Source: an uncultured delta proteobacterium
Lineage (GTDB): Bacteria > Desulfobacterota > Binatia > Binatales > Binataceae
Assembly: GCA_963808235.1 (NCBI GenBank)
Contig: CAWEEQ010000004.1
Coordinates: forward strand, 3,296,001-3,360,000
Direction of reading: 5' to 3'
DNA: 64,000 nucleotides
Of this stretch, positions 19,378 to 28,831 are shown one piece after another (within the stretch, counting starts at the first letter, position 1; each line of letters starts with the position of its first letter). The position numbers were made by a program, and so were the translations under genes. The notes beneath the pieces are model-generated. The model made no database searches. It was not told the origin of the DNA and saw nothing but the letters and a program-made list of their open reading frames with translations.

Positions 19378-20388
19378 CTACGAATCGAGCAATTCGAGCC
19401 CGTGCTCGAACATCCGCGGCGCCGACAACGCCGTATCCTCCCACAATGGATCATGACGCTTGCCGCGCCGATGCAGCATCAGGTTGAAGCATGTGATCAC
19501 GCCGAACCGGTAGCCCGCAAACGCGCGGAACCATCGCACTTCGGACGTGGAAACCGGAAAGCCGGCAACTTGCGCGTAGGCATCCACGATTTCGTCGGCG
19601 CCGAGCAGCGCGCCACGGCCGATATCGGGCCCGACCCAGCTTGCCGGATCGGAAAAGAAGCAAATCCATCCGAGGTCGAGCAGGGTAGCGCCGACCAGCG
19701 AGATTTCCCAATCGATCAGCGCGACGACGCGTTCCTCGCTGAACAGAACGTTAGACCATTGGAAGTCGCCGTGAACGCATCCGATGCGCGTGCCGTCGGG
19801 CAGGCTCGAGCGCAAACGCTCGCGGAGTTCAGGGGCACGCGCGACCACGGCGGGATCGAGCGTCGGGCGATCGAGCAGGTAGTCGAGGCGTTTGAGCTCT
19901 TCGCTGAGCGCGAACGGCTCGCCCCACGCCTCGCGACGCTGCTCCCATCGGACGTTGTGGAGCGCGGCCATCGTCTCGATTCCCTTGCGCGCCAGCCGTT
20001 TCAGATGCGCGACGGGCAGCGTGGATTCGTTCAACTTGAACCCGTCGACAAAGCCGCCCACGAAATACGGACGCTCGAAGAACTCAGCTTCGTCGCCGTA
20101 CCAGATGATCGGGGGTACCGCGACCGGGGTGTCGGCGAGCGATGCCATGACTTTAGCTTGCCGCACGATGTCGGCGGGTCCGGAGATCTTTACCCCGGGT
20201 GGCGCAATGCGCACCACGAATCTTCCCGCCGGCGCGCCGCCGTCCGAGCGCTCGAGGACGAAGCTGTAACTGAATCCGGCGTGACCGGGCAGCGCCGCAA
20301 GCGAATGCGCTCGTGCTCCAGCGTCGCCGGTTTTCGCGCGCACCAATGCGGTCAGCTGCGCGGCAACTTGCTCGAATTTCTCCGCCAT
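19378..20388 (-). CDS. APH-like phosphotransferase family protein (ACAD10/11 N-terminal-like)
   Basis: VHGDFQWSNVLF, IDWE, DLGW. Confidence 0.82.
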   Translation of the reverse strand: MAEKFEQVAAQLTALVRAKTGDAGARAHSLAALPGHAGFSYSFVLERSDGGAPAGRFVVRIAPPGVKISGPADIVRQAKVMASLADTPVAVPPIIWYGDEAEFFERPYFVGGFVDGFKLNESTLPVAHLKRLARKGIETMAALHNVRWEQRREAWGEPFALSEELKRLDYLLDRPTLDPAVVARAPELRERLRSSLPDGTRIGCVHGDFQWSNVLFSEERVVALIDWEISLVGATLLDLGWICFFSDPASWVGPDIGRGALLGADEIVDAYAQVAGFPVSTSEVRWFRAFAGYRFGVITCFNLMLHRRGKRHDPLWEDTALSAPRMFEHGLELLDS

Positions 20389-20419
20389 TGAAATCGACGC
20401 CGCCGCTTATCCTCTCGAC

Positions 20420-21076
20420 TTATCCTCGCATCCTGGCTTTCGCCGACCCGGGATGCAGACTCGCCGTGGCGCTCGGCCGCGATTCGACACGCTTGAACCA
20501 CGCGTTCACATTTTTGAGCGAGGGATCGATCTTCTGCCCGACGCTCCCGCCAAAATCGAGCGCGCAGTACAATATAATGTCCGCGACCGTGAACCGGTTG
20601 CCCGCGATATACTCCTTGCCCTGAAGCTGGGCGTCGAGCCATTTCAGCTTGTCCTGCACGATCGCCTTCAGCCCTGCCGACGCCTCCGGCAGAATCCGCA
20701 TGCGCGTCTTGAACAGCTCTGCGCCCTCGGCATAGCGAAAACCGTTGTACAGATGCTCGGTGATTTGCAGTTCGACCCGCCTCTGCCATTGCCGAGCTTC
20801 GGCGCGCTCCTCGGCGGTGGTGCCAATAAGCGACGGCGCAGGATGCTTCTCTTCGAGGTACTCGAAGATCGCGACCGTCTCGCCGATACACTTGCCGTTG
20901 TCGAGTTCCAGCGCGGGCAGTTGCCCGCCGGGATTGCGATCGGTATACGGCGCCTTGCGATTTTCCGCGCCCATCAAGTCGACATCCTTGATCGGAATCG
21001 AAATTCCCTTCTCTGCCAGGAACATTCGCATCGCGCGCGGATTGGGTCCAAGCGAATCGTAGAGTTGCATAGTCAA
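20420..21076 (-). CDS. Glutathione S-transferase family protein
   Basis: GPNPR, NPGGQLPALEL, ETVAIFEYLEE, FTVADI. Confidence 0.9.
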   Translation of the reverse strand: MTMQLYDSLGPNPRAMRMFLAEKGISIPIKDVDLMGAENRKAPYTDRNPGGQLPALELDNGKCIGETVAIFEYLEEKHPAPSLIGTTAEERAEARQWQRRVELQITEHLYNGFRYAEGAELFKTRMRILPEASAGLKAIVQDKLKWLDAQLQGKEYIAGNRFTVADIILYCALDFGGSVGQKIDPSLKNVNAWFKRVESRPSATASLHPGSAKARMRG

Positions 21077-21188
21077 TCACCTCGCAAAAATCAGTGTCGG
21101 GCCGGACTATACAACAGGCTGCGCGAAGGCGGGAACCCCAAATCGCAGCGTGTTGCGTTGGCCGGAAGCGCTCATGTAGGACTTTGCC

Positions 21189-22673
21189 ATGCGATTTTGT
21201 CCGCACTGCGGTGCGCCGCTGATAGCCGGCGCAAAGTTCTGCGTGGAATGCGGCCGCGGACTTGCCGGCGGCTCAGCCTCTGGAGCGGGAGAAACCGGCG
21301 GCGTTCTGCGCCGCAACATGCCGCTCACCAACGCGTTTGTCGTTGTGTTCGTGGCGATTGCTCTGGTCGGGCTGTTCGCGGCGGTGTGGATCAGATGGCA
21401 GACGCCTGAAGCTGTGCGCGAGCAGGTCGCGAACATACCGCCGGTAATTGCGGCACCGAGTGCCGGCGCGTCGGAGAGCGCTGCGCCGAATAGCGCCGGC
21501 GGACCGCCGCAAACCGAGGTGGCCAATCCGGCCGCGGGCGGAAGTCAGAATGGCGATCTCCCGGCCGGTCATCCAAGGATAGAGTTACCGACCGAGGCTC
21601 GCACCTTCATCGACAAAATCGAAAAAGAAGCGCACTCGAAGCCGAGCGACATCGCTGCGTGGAACAAACTCGGCGCGGTCTCGATGCGCGCGGCGATGTT
21701 CGATCAAACCTACTACGGCAAGGCCGAAGAAGCTTACGGGCACGTGCTGAAACAGGAGCCGGACAACCTCGACGCGCTGCGTGGAATCGGCGATATCGAT
21801 TACGACAAGCAGCACTACGACGAAGCGATCGCAGCCTACGAACACTACCTGAAAAAGAAACCCGACGATCCCGAAGTCCGCACCGACCTCGGCACGATGT
21901 ACCTCTACACCGGCAACGCCGACCAGGCGATCGTACAATACAAAAAGGCGGTCGCGGCGAAGCCCGGATTTTTCCAGGCGTACTACAATATGGGAATCTC
22001 CTACGCGCAGGAGAACAAACCCGCCGAGGCGGCGGCCACGCTCAAGCAAGCGATGGCGCTAGCGCCCGACGATGCGGCGCGAAAACAGGTGACAGACTTG
22101 ATCGCGAAGCTGAACGGCGCACCGGCGGCCGTGGCTACGATCGCACCACCGCAAGTTGCATCGCCGGCGGCGAAGAACAGCGTCGCGGCAGCGTCGTCGC
22201 CCGCAGCGAAGAACTCCGTGATCGCGGCAGCTTCGTCGCCCGCGGCAAAGAACAGCGTCGCGGCGGCATCGTCGCCGGCGGCGAAGAACTCCGTGATCGC
22301 GGCCGCTTCGCCTGCGACGTCTCCGGCAGCCGCATCGGCGAAAACGTCGGCCTCACCTACGGCGGCGCCCAGCGCCGAGTCGACTGCGGGGACAGGCAAG
22401 GATTTCCACAGTGCGATCGAGCAGATGGTCAAGGGCATTCCCTTCGCAGGACCGAAGGTCGGCTCCGTAGAGTGGCCCGACCAGCTCAAGGGCAAGGTCC
22501 TGATGGATAATTTTCCGATGGATCAAATGCCACCCTTTGCGAAAACCAAGTTCCTGAACGACCTCACCGCCGGGATCGACGCCGCCAAGAAAGACAACAA
22601 TATTTCCGCTCCCGTCGAGCTTGATATTGTCGACAGCGCAAGTGGCAAAGTCATGGAAACGATTACTCACTAG
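21189..22673 (+). CDS. Membrane-anchored zinc-ribbon/TPR protein with Ala/Ser/Pro repeat linker
   Basis: CPHCG...KFCVECG, one TM helix, LPAGHP, several TPRs, repeat linker, unassigned C-terminal domain. Confidence 0.8.
   Translation: MRFCPHCGAPLIAGAKFCVECGRGLAGGSASGAGETGGVLRRNMPLTNAFVVVFVAIALVGLFAAVWIRWQTPEAVREQVANIPPVIAAPSAGASESAAPNSAGGPPQTEVANPAAGGSQNGDLPAGHPRIELPTEARTFIDKIEKEAHSKPSDIAAWNKLGAVSMRAAMFDQTYYGKAEEAYGHVLKQEPDNLDALRGIGDIDYDKQHYDEAIAAYEHYLKKKPDDPEVRTDLGTMYLYTGNADQAIVQYKKAVAAKPGFFQAYYNMGISYAQENKPAEAAATLKQAMALAPDDAARKQVTDLIAKLNGAPAAVATIAPPQVASPAAKNSVAAASSPAAKNSVIAAASSPAAKNSVAAASSPAAKNSVIAAASPATSPAAASAKTSASPTAAPSAESTAGTGKDFHSAIEQMVKGIPFAGPKVGSVEWPDQLKGKVLMDNFPMDQMPPFAKTKFLNDLTAGIDAAKKDNNISAPVELDIVDSASGKVMETITH
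22161..22310 (+). repeat. Intragenic tandem repeat of alternating 36- and 39-bp units (a 75-bp dimer twice)
   Basis: Encodes SPAAKNSVAAAS / SPAAKNSVIAAAS twice. Confidence 0.9.
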
Positions 22674-22711
22674 CGGAGCGCGCGAATGGTCATTCGCATC
22701 ACGGGAGCCGG

Positions 22712-23248
22712 ATGCAGGGAAGACTGGTCAGGCTGCGCGGTTACGAAAAATCCGACGCACACGCGATGCTGCGGTGGGCTTCAGATGAAGATGTCACGCG
22801 ATGGCACGGGCCGCCCAATCTGCCGGCATCGCTCGCGCAGGTGGAAAAATTTATCGAGATGGGCTCGACGCCGGCCGACACGGCAAAGTATTTCGCGATC
22901 GAAACGCTTGCCGGCCAGCTGGTCGGCGACTGCGGACTCCGGTCGATCGACTGGAAGTGCCGCAAGGCTGAGTTCTTCATCACGATCGGCGAGAAACAGC
23001 TCTGGGACAAGGGCTATGGCAGCGATGCGCTCCGGGTCGTGACACGGTTGGCATTCGAAAAAATGAACCTGAATCGATTGTGGCTCACCGTCCTGGTGGA
23101 TAATCCCCGCGCGGTGCGGTGCTACGAGAAGTGTGGCTTCGTCCGTGAAGGCCATCTCCGGGATGAGAGTTACGTGGACGGAAAGTACCGCGACGTAATC
23201 CTGATGGCTCTTATCCGCGCGGACTACGACGCCGTCGCGCAGTCATAA
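22712..23248 (+). CDS. RimJ/RimL-type GNAT acetyltransferase
   Basis: WDKGYGSDA, NLNRLWL, NPRAVRCYEKCGFVREG. Confidence 0.9.
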   Translation: MQGRLVRLRGYEKSDAHAMLRWASDEDVTRWHGPPNLPASLAQVEKFIEMGSTPADTAKYFAIETLAGQLVGDCGLRSIDWKCRKAEFFITIGEKQLWDKGYGSDALRVVTRLAFEKMNLNRLWLTVLVDNPRAVRCYEKCGFVREGHLRDESYVDGKYRDVILMALIRADYDAVAQS

Positions 23249-23264
23249 CAGGAGGAGCTATCCG

Positions 23265-23660
23265 ATGGAGTCAAAATCTTTCGAACGCATGCGCCGCGCC
23301 GGAGATAGGCAGACGCTTAAGTTGACTCACTATGGCCGAAAAACGGGCAACCCGTATGAGGTTGTCATTTGGTACCTGGTTGAAGGCGACCAGCTATACC
23401 TGGTCTCCGCGAATGCGAATAGAAACTGGGTACGCAACGTAAAGTCGCGGCCTGACATTTCACTGCGTATCGGCGACGAAGTCTTCAACGGCAAAGTACG
23501 CGTGATCACCGATCCGAAGGAGCGCGAAAAGGTGAGCGCACTGGTCGAGCGCAAATACTGGTACGTGCTCCCGATGCTCCGCCTGGCCCGCTTCCTAAGC
23601 TCGATGGGAGTTCTACGCGACAACAGCGCCGCCTTCGAAGTAATCCTGTCGGAAAACTAA
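23265..23660 (+). CDS. Deazaflavin-dependent nitroreductase-like (DUF385/DUF2255 split-barrel) protein
   Basis: LTHYGRKTG, NWVRNVKSRP. Confidence 0.72.
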   Translation: MESKSFERMRRAGDRQTLKLTHYGRKTGNPYEVVIWYLVEGDQLYLVSANANRNWVRNVKSRPDISLRIGDEVFNGKVRVITDPKEREKVSALVERKYWYVLPMLRLARFLSSMGVLRDNSAAFEVILSEN

Positions 23661-23702
23661 CTATCGGCCAACGAGTGAGGACGCCCGGCTTCTGCAATAC
23701 CT

Positions 23703-24176
23703 CTAACTCGGCTCTCCACCCTCAGTGACCCGCTTCAAACTCTCCACCCAATTCTGATGACCGCGCACCAACATCGGCCGCAAATACCACCACGCAATCT
23801 TCGGCACGATCCCGTTCTGGCATTCCTCGGTGATGACGCGGCATCCGCCGCCCTTGCCATCAGGTTCGATTAGCCACCCGTGATGCGCCTTGAGCACGCC
23901 GCGCGCGTCCCATCCGAGTTCGTGCGACGGTTCGAATACGATCACCTTACTGGTGACGGTAGCCCCAAAAGTCTTCCATCGAAATTCAGTGCCAGGCGCG
24001 AGGTCAGGCGGATTGCCGCGAAGAAAACTCACATTGGCGCTATTGCTGTACCACTCGGGCCATTTTGCGGCGCGAATAAGCCATCGCCACACCTGCTCCG
24101 GCGCCGCGTCAATCGCAATCTCATTGCGCGCGTACACCGACGAATTCTCAGGTTCAAATCCCGCCATCCATTTCAT
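23703..24176 (-). CDS. SRPBCC/START-fold protein
   Basis: IAIDAAPEQVWRWL...WPEWY, GTEFRW, HGWLIEP, C-terminal helix. Confidence 0.8.
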   Translation of the reverse strand: MKWMAGFEPENSSVYARNEIAIDAAPEQVWRWLIRAAKWPEWYSNSANVSFLRGNPPDLAPGTEFRWKTFGATVTSKVIVFEPSHELGWDARGVLKAHHGWLIEPDGKGGGCRVITEECQNGIVPKIAWWYLRPMLVRGHQNWVESLKRVTEGGEPS

Positions 24177-24300
24177 AAGTATTCCAGCTCCGATACCCGA
24201 TACCTCGCCTGTGATCACAGGCAGTAGCGTATGGCGGCCGTCTTCTTACCTCGCCCGTTATAACGGGCGAGGTCTCGGAAAAGCTGTCCCCCAATAATTC

Positions 24301-24326
24301 GGGGGCTGGGATTGCTCCCAGCCCCC
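24301..24326 (-). terminator. GC-rich hairpin at the end of the nrdJ 3' region (probable terminator)
   Basis: Minus strand GGGGGCTGGGA-GCAA-TCCCAGCCCCC (GNRA loop); the U-tract is weak. Confidence 0.55.
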
Positions 24327-24566
24327 TCCCGTCACCACATCCGCCGCCCCCACCACAACCCCTGAAGCACGACCCGCGTCGCGCCTTCTTCCAAATTGGA
24401 CCCCGGAGAATTCATCATCCCCATTCCGGGAACTGGCTAATTCTTTCGCCGCTCGATAGCTACCGCCGCCTCCCCCACAACCTCATCGCCAGTCCCGAAG
24501 CCTCCCCTCTGCCAATCCCCCGGGGTCCTTGATACTCATTCTAATACTCAGTCCAATACTCACTTC

Positions 24567-27356
24567 TTACGAGCACCCACTCGTAGTGCCGCAGTTCATG
24601 CATTTGTAGCAGGAGCCGTTGCGCACCATGATGCTTCCGCAATCCGGACACGGCGGCGCATCCGCCTGGTTGATAAACGCCTGGCGCATCCCGGTGTCCT
24701 TGCCTCCACGCAGACTCGGCATCGGCGCCAGCACAACCGGCGCACTCGCCGCATCCGCCTTCGCGGTCAAACTTTTTTCAGTCTCGATAATTCCAACTTC
24801 GCGCTTCGCTTCCTCGTCGAGGAATTTCGACGCCATCCATCGGAACAGGTAATCCACGATCGATTTCGCGTACGGGATTTGCGGATTCTTGCTGAACCCA
24901 GACGGCTCGAAGCGCATATGCGAGAACTTGTCGACCAGGAACTGCAACGGAACACCATACTGCAGCGCGAACGAAATCGCGGTCGCAAACGAATCCATCA
25001 GCCCCGAAATCGTGGACCCCTGCTTCGACATCGTGACGAAAATCTCGCCCGGCGTGCCGTCTTCGTACATGCCGACCGTGATGTATCCCTCGTGGCCGGC
25101 GATATCGAATTTGTGCGTGATCGATTTGCGCTCGTCGGGCAGCTTGCGCCGCTGCATCCGATCGTCCACCGCCGCGATCGTCGCCGCCGCGTCAACCGCC
25201 TTCTCGATGTCTTTCCGGCCAGTGTTGAGCGGCTGCGTGCGCTTCGATCCGTCACGGTAGATCGCGACCGCCTTCAGACCGAGCTTCCACGCCGTTACGT
25301 AAGCATCCCCGACTTCATCGACGGTCGCTTCCGCCGGCATGTTGATCGTCTTGGAAATTGCGCCCGAGATGAACGGCTGCACCGCACCCATCATCTTGAT
25401 ATGCCCAAGATACTGAATCGTGCGCGATCCCGAGCGCGGCTTGAACGCGCAATCGAATACCGGCAGATGCGCATCGGCAAGCTGCGGCGCACCCTCAATA
25501 GTGTCGTTCTCATCCAGGTACTCGACTATTTCCTGCACTTCCTTCGAGTCGTAGCCGAGCCGCTTCAGCGCGCGCGGCACCGTGTTGTTAACGATCTTCA
25601 GCATCCCGCCGCCGACCAGTTTCTTGTACTTGATCAGCGCGATGTCGGGCTCGATTCCGGTGGTGTCGCAATCCATCATGAACGCGATCGTGCCGGTCGG
25701 CGCGATCACCGTCGCCTGCGAATTGCGATAGCCCGCTGCGGTTCCGAGCTTCAGTGCCTCGTCCCATGACTCGCGCGCGGCGCGCAGCAAGTCGAGCGGC
25801 ACATACGACGTATCGAGCTTGTAGGCCGCCCCGCGATGACGCTCGATAACTTTCAGCATCGGCTCGCGATTGGGCGCGTAGCCGGAGAACGGACCCATCT
25901 GCTCGGAGATTCGCGCCGATTGCAGATACGCCTCGCCGGTCATCAGCGCGGTAATCGCCGCCGCGTAGCTGCGGCCCTGGTCGGAATCGTAAGGCATCCC
26001 GAGCGCCATCAGCAGCGCGCCCAGGTTCGCGTATCCGAGTCCCAGCTCGCGATATGCGCTCGCGTTCTTCGCGATCTCGTCGGTCGGATACGACGAATTG
26101 TCAACCACGATATCCTGCGCGGTGATCATCACGTCGATCGCGTGGCGAAACGCGCGCACGTCGAACTCGCCGCGCTCGTCGATAAATTTCATCAAATTGA
26201 GCGACGCAAGATTGCACGCCGAGTTGTCCAGATGCATGTACTCGCTGCACGGGTTGGACGCGTTGATTCGTCCGCTCGCCGGGCAGGTGTGCCATAGATT
26301 GATTGTCGAATCGAACTGCATCCCGGGATCGCCGCATGCGTGCGCGGCTTCCGCGATCCAGCGCAGCATCTCTCGCGCGCGATACGTCTCGGCGACGTCG
26401 CCGCCCTTCACGTAATGGGTCTGCCAACTGCCGTCGTCGAGCACCGCGCGCATGAACTCGTCACTCGCGCGCACCGAATTGTTCGCGTTCTGGAAGAACA
26501 CCGAGCCGTACGCCGGCCCGTCGAGCGACGAGTCGTAGCCCGCCTCGATCAGCGCCCACGCCTTGCGCTCCTCTTCGACTTTGCAGTTGATGAATTCCTT
26601 GATATCGGGATGCTCCGCGTTGAGCACCACCATCTTGGCCGCGCGCCGCGTCTTTCCACCCGACTTGATCACTCCCGCCGATGCGTCCGCCGCCTTCATG
26701 AACGACAGCGGGCCCGACGCGGTCCCGCCCGACGACAGCTTCTCCTTGCACGAGCGCAGCGCCGACAGATTCACTCCCGCGCCCGAGCCGCCTTTGAAAA
26801 TCATCCCCTCGTTGCGATACCAGCCGAGGATCGATTCCATGCTGTCGTCGACCTTCAAGATGAAACACGCCGAGCACTGCGGCTTCGCTTCGATACCGAC
26901 GTTGAAATAAACCGGGCTGTTGAACGAGGCCTTCTGGGTGAGCAGAAGATGCGTCAGTTCGGCATGGAACGTTTCGCGCGCTTGCGCGTCGGCGAAGTAT
27001 GCCTGCTTCTCGCCCCAACCGGAGATCGTATCCGCCACGCGCGAGATTAGCTGGCGGACGCTGGTCTCGCGCCTGGGCGTGCCGATCTGTCCGCGGAAAT
27101 ATTTCGAGACCACGACGTTGGTCGCGGTCTGCGACCACGCGCGCGGAACCTCGACGTCCTTTTGCTCGAATACGATTCGCCCGTCTTCGCCCGAGATCAC
27201 CGCGCTGCGCAAATCCCATTCGACTTCCGAAAACGGCTCGACGCCCGCGGTCGTGAAAAACCGATCGAGCGTGACGCCGCGGCGCCGCACGGCTGTGTCG
27301 TCCAGGCTCGGGGCGCTCTGGATTCTGCCGGTTGTCTTGCTTGCCTTTGGATCCAT
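24567..27356 (-). CDS. nrdJ: Vitamin B12-dependent (class II) ribonucleotide reductase with TSCPD and C-terminal Zn ribbon
   Basis: FNSPVYFN, QCSACFI, SNPCSEY, CNLASLN, APTGTI, ISKTIN, YRDGSK, CPDCG...CYKCMNCG. Alternative start at 27389. Confidence 0.95.
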   Translation of the reverse strand: MDPKASKTTGRIQSAPSLDDTAVRRRGVTLDRFFTTAGVEPFSEVEWDLRSAVISGEDGRIVFEQKDVEVPRAWSQTATNVVVSKYFRGQIGTPRRETSVRQLISRVADTISGWGEKQAYFADAQARETFHAELTHLLLTQKASFNSPVYFNVGIEAKPQCSACFILKVDDSMESILGWYRNEGMIFKGGSGAGVNLSALRSCKEKLSSGGTASGPLSFMKAADASAGVIKSGGKTRRAAKMVVLNAEHPDIKEFINCKVEEERKAWALIEAGYDSSLDGPAYGSVFFQNANNSVRASDEFMRAVLDDGSWQTHYVKGGDVAETYRAREMLRWIAEAAHACGDPGMQFDSTINLWHTCPASGRINASNPCSEYMHLDNSACNLASLNLMKFIDERGEFDVRAFRHAIDVMITAQDIVVDNSSYPTDEIAKNASAYRELGLGYANLGALLMALGMPYDSDQGRSYAAAITALMTGEAYLQSARISEQMGPFSGYAPNREPMLKVIERHRGAAYKLDTSYVPLDLLRAARESWDEALKLGTAAGYRNSQATVIAPTGTIAFMMDCDTTGIEPDIALIKYKKLVGGGMLKIVNNTVPRALKRLGYDSKEVQEIVEYLDENDTIEGAPQLADAHLPVFDCAFKPRSGSRTIQYLGHIKMMGAVQPFISGAISKTINMPAEATVDEVGDAYVTAWKLGLKAVAIYRDGSKRTQPLNTGRKDIEKAVDAAATIAAVDDRMQRRKLPDERKSITHKFDIAGHEGYITVGMYEDGTPGEIFVTMSKQGSTISGLMDSFATAISFALQYGVPLQFLVDKFSHMRFEPSGFSKNPQIPYAKSIVDYLFRWMASKFLDEEAKREVGIIETEKSLTAKADAASAPVVLAPMPSLRGGKDTGMRQAFINQADAPPCPDCGSIMVRNGSCYKCMNCGTTSGCS

Positions 27357-27550
27357 TTCCGACTCAGTTTCGATCGCTCCCCCGCCCATCGCCGCACCCT
27401 CCCCGCTCTGGTTACATCCGCATTACGCTAAGATTCCCGCTCCGCTTCCAGCGCATCCTGGTCTCGTCGCCGCAAATAATCTTTCATCGTCGCAAAGCGT
27501 GCCGTGGGCGAATATATGCTCGCTGCTACCGTGGCCTGTCAAGCCCCTAC

Positions 27551-27598
27551 CCCCTACAGGTGGTATAGGACAACTTGTTCACAAACCATATATTAGGT
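27551..27598. promoter_or_regulatory. Tandem NrdR boxes
   Basis: CCCCTACAGGTGGTAT (27551-27566) and AAACCATATATTAGGT (27583-27598) resemble acaCwAtATaTwGtgt and start 32 bp apart, upstream of nrdJ. Confidence 0.7.
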
Positions 27599-27778
27599 TG
27601 TTGATAACTTTTGGTAAATGTTCGCCATGATTAGAAATTGTTGTGAAATAGACCCATACTATTAGTCAATCTTATCGTCTAGAGTCTCCCCGTCAGATAA
27701 ATCCGGACGGCTTGGCGCAACTCGCCGCTGGTTTCCTTGGTAGGCGCGCGGCGAGCGCGGAGCTATCGTGATCGACTC

Positions 27779-28225
27779 ATGGCAACTCGACGCCACAGGG
27801 CCCCGCAGCAGATCGGCGCCGCGATGCAACCGCTGCTCGATCGACTCGACCGCGAAGGTCACTTCGCGATCGTGCGGCTGGCGAAAGCGTGGCCCGAAAT
27901 TGTCGGCGAAACGATCGCGCGACGCACCGAAATCGTCTCGCTCAAATTCCATACCGCGGTCGTGAAAGTGTCGGGCGCGATGTGGATACAAGAACTCAAC
28001 TTGATGAAGGCGCAAATCTTATCGCGCGTGACCGCGCAGCTCGGCGACGACGTTGTGCGCGAGCTGCGGTTCGTGCAGGGACGTCTCAGCCGGCGCGAGC
28101 GTCCGAAATTGCGCACGGTGCCGCGCGCGGCGCGGAAATCGATCGAGCTGCCCGAGCTCAAGGATCCCGAGTTGCGCGCGGCCTTCGAGCGATTGATCGA
28201 AGCCTGGGGCCGCGCCGCTCGATAA
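27779..28225 (+). CDS. dciA: DUF721/DciA-family protein (replicative helicase loader-like)
   Basis: AWPEIVGETIARRT, VKVSGAMWIQELNLMKAQIL, LRFVQG. Confidence 0.8.
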   Translation: MATRRHRAPQQIGAAMQPLLDRLDREGHFAIVRLAKAWPEIVGETIARRTEIVSLKFHTAVVKVSGAMWIQELNLMKAQILSRVTAQLGDDVVRELRFVQGRLSRRERPKLRTVPRAARKSIELPELKDPELRAAFERLIEAWGRAAR

Positions 28226-28251
28226 GCGCTCGCCACGCGACGCGATCGCAC

Positions 28252-28713
28252 TTAGATCTTCTTCCCTCTCGCCAGCTTAGGTTTCGACGCGTCGAGGCGC
28301 TTGGTCAGATAATAGTAGGCGTGCCCTTCCGGATAGTTGTCGAGCGTACCGAAGACTCTGTAACCCAACTTTTCGTAAAACGGGCGCGCTTGGAAACTGA
28401 AAGTCTCGAGAAATGAATCGGTACATCTTTTTTCAAGAGCGTAGCGCTCCGCCGCCGTCATCAGCCGGCTCGCGTGCCCGCGCCCGCGAACCCGCTCGTC
28501 CACCCACAGCGTGCCGACATGAAGCCATCGCGCCCAGATTTGCCCCATCAGGCCGCCCAGCACCGAGCCGTCAGGGTCCATGACGTAAAATCCGATCGGG
28601 TAATAGGGCGCATGGCCCGTCACTGCGATATTGTGATTGTCGACTCCGTTCTGCACGAAGTTCTTAATCTCCCTCGAGGCGAACGGGTCCATTACGATTT
28701 TCGGCGTTTTCAT
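28252..28713 (-). CDS. GNAT acetyltransferase
   Basis: LWVDERVRGRGHASRL, ETFSFQARPFYEKLGY. Confidence 0.9.
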   Translation of the reverse strand: MKTPKIVMDPFASREIKNFVQNGVDNHNIAVTGHAPYYPIGFYVMDPDGSVLGGLMGQIWARWLHVGTLWVDERVRGRGHASRLMTAAERYALEKRCTDSFLETFSFQARPFYEKLGYRVFGTLDNYPEGHAYYYLTKRLDASKPKLARGKKI

Positions 28714-28831
28714 TTTTCTTCTGGTACCACTTTGGCAGCGCGGCTCCTACCGGTCGCCTCGCGCAGTCTCGGCCGCCGTCTGAATCCTCGGTGAGACGAT
28801 TTCGTACTTATTCCTGTGAGGGAAACGGCTC

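Noticed and set aside
27390-27550. Cobalamin riboswitch upstream of nrdJ
   Set aside because: No recognisable B12-box or GGGAA elements. NrdR-like boxes explain the regulation better.
27560-27700. oriC
   Set aside because: AT-rich, but only two degenerate DnaA-box-like sites and no dnaA or dnaN nearby.
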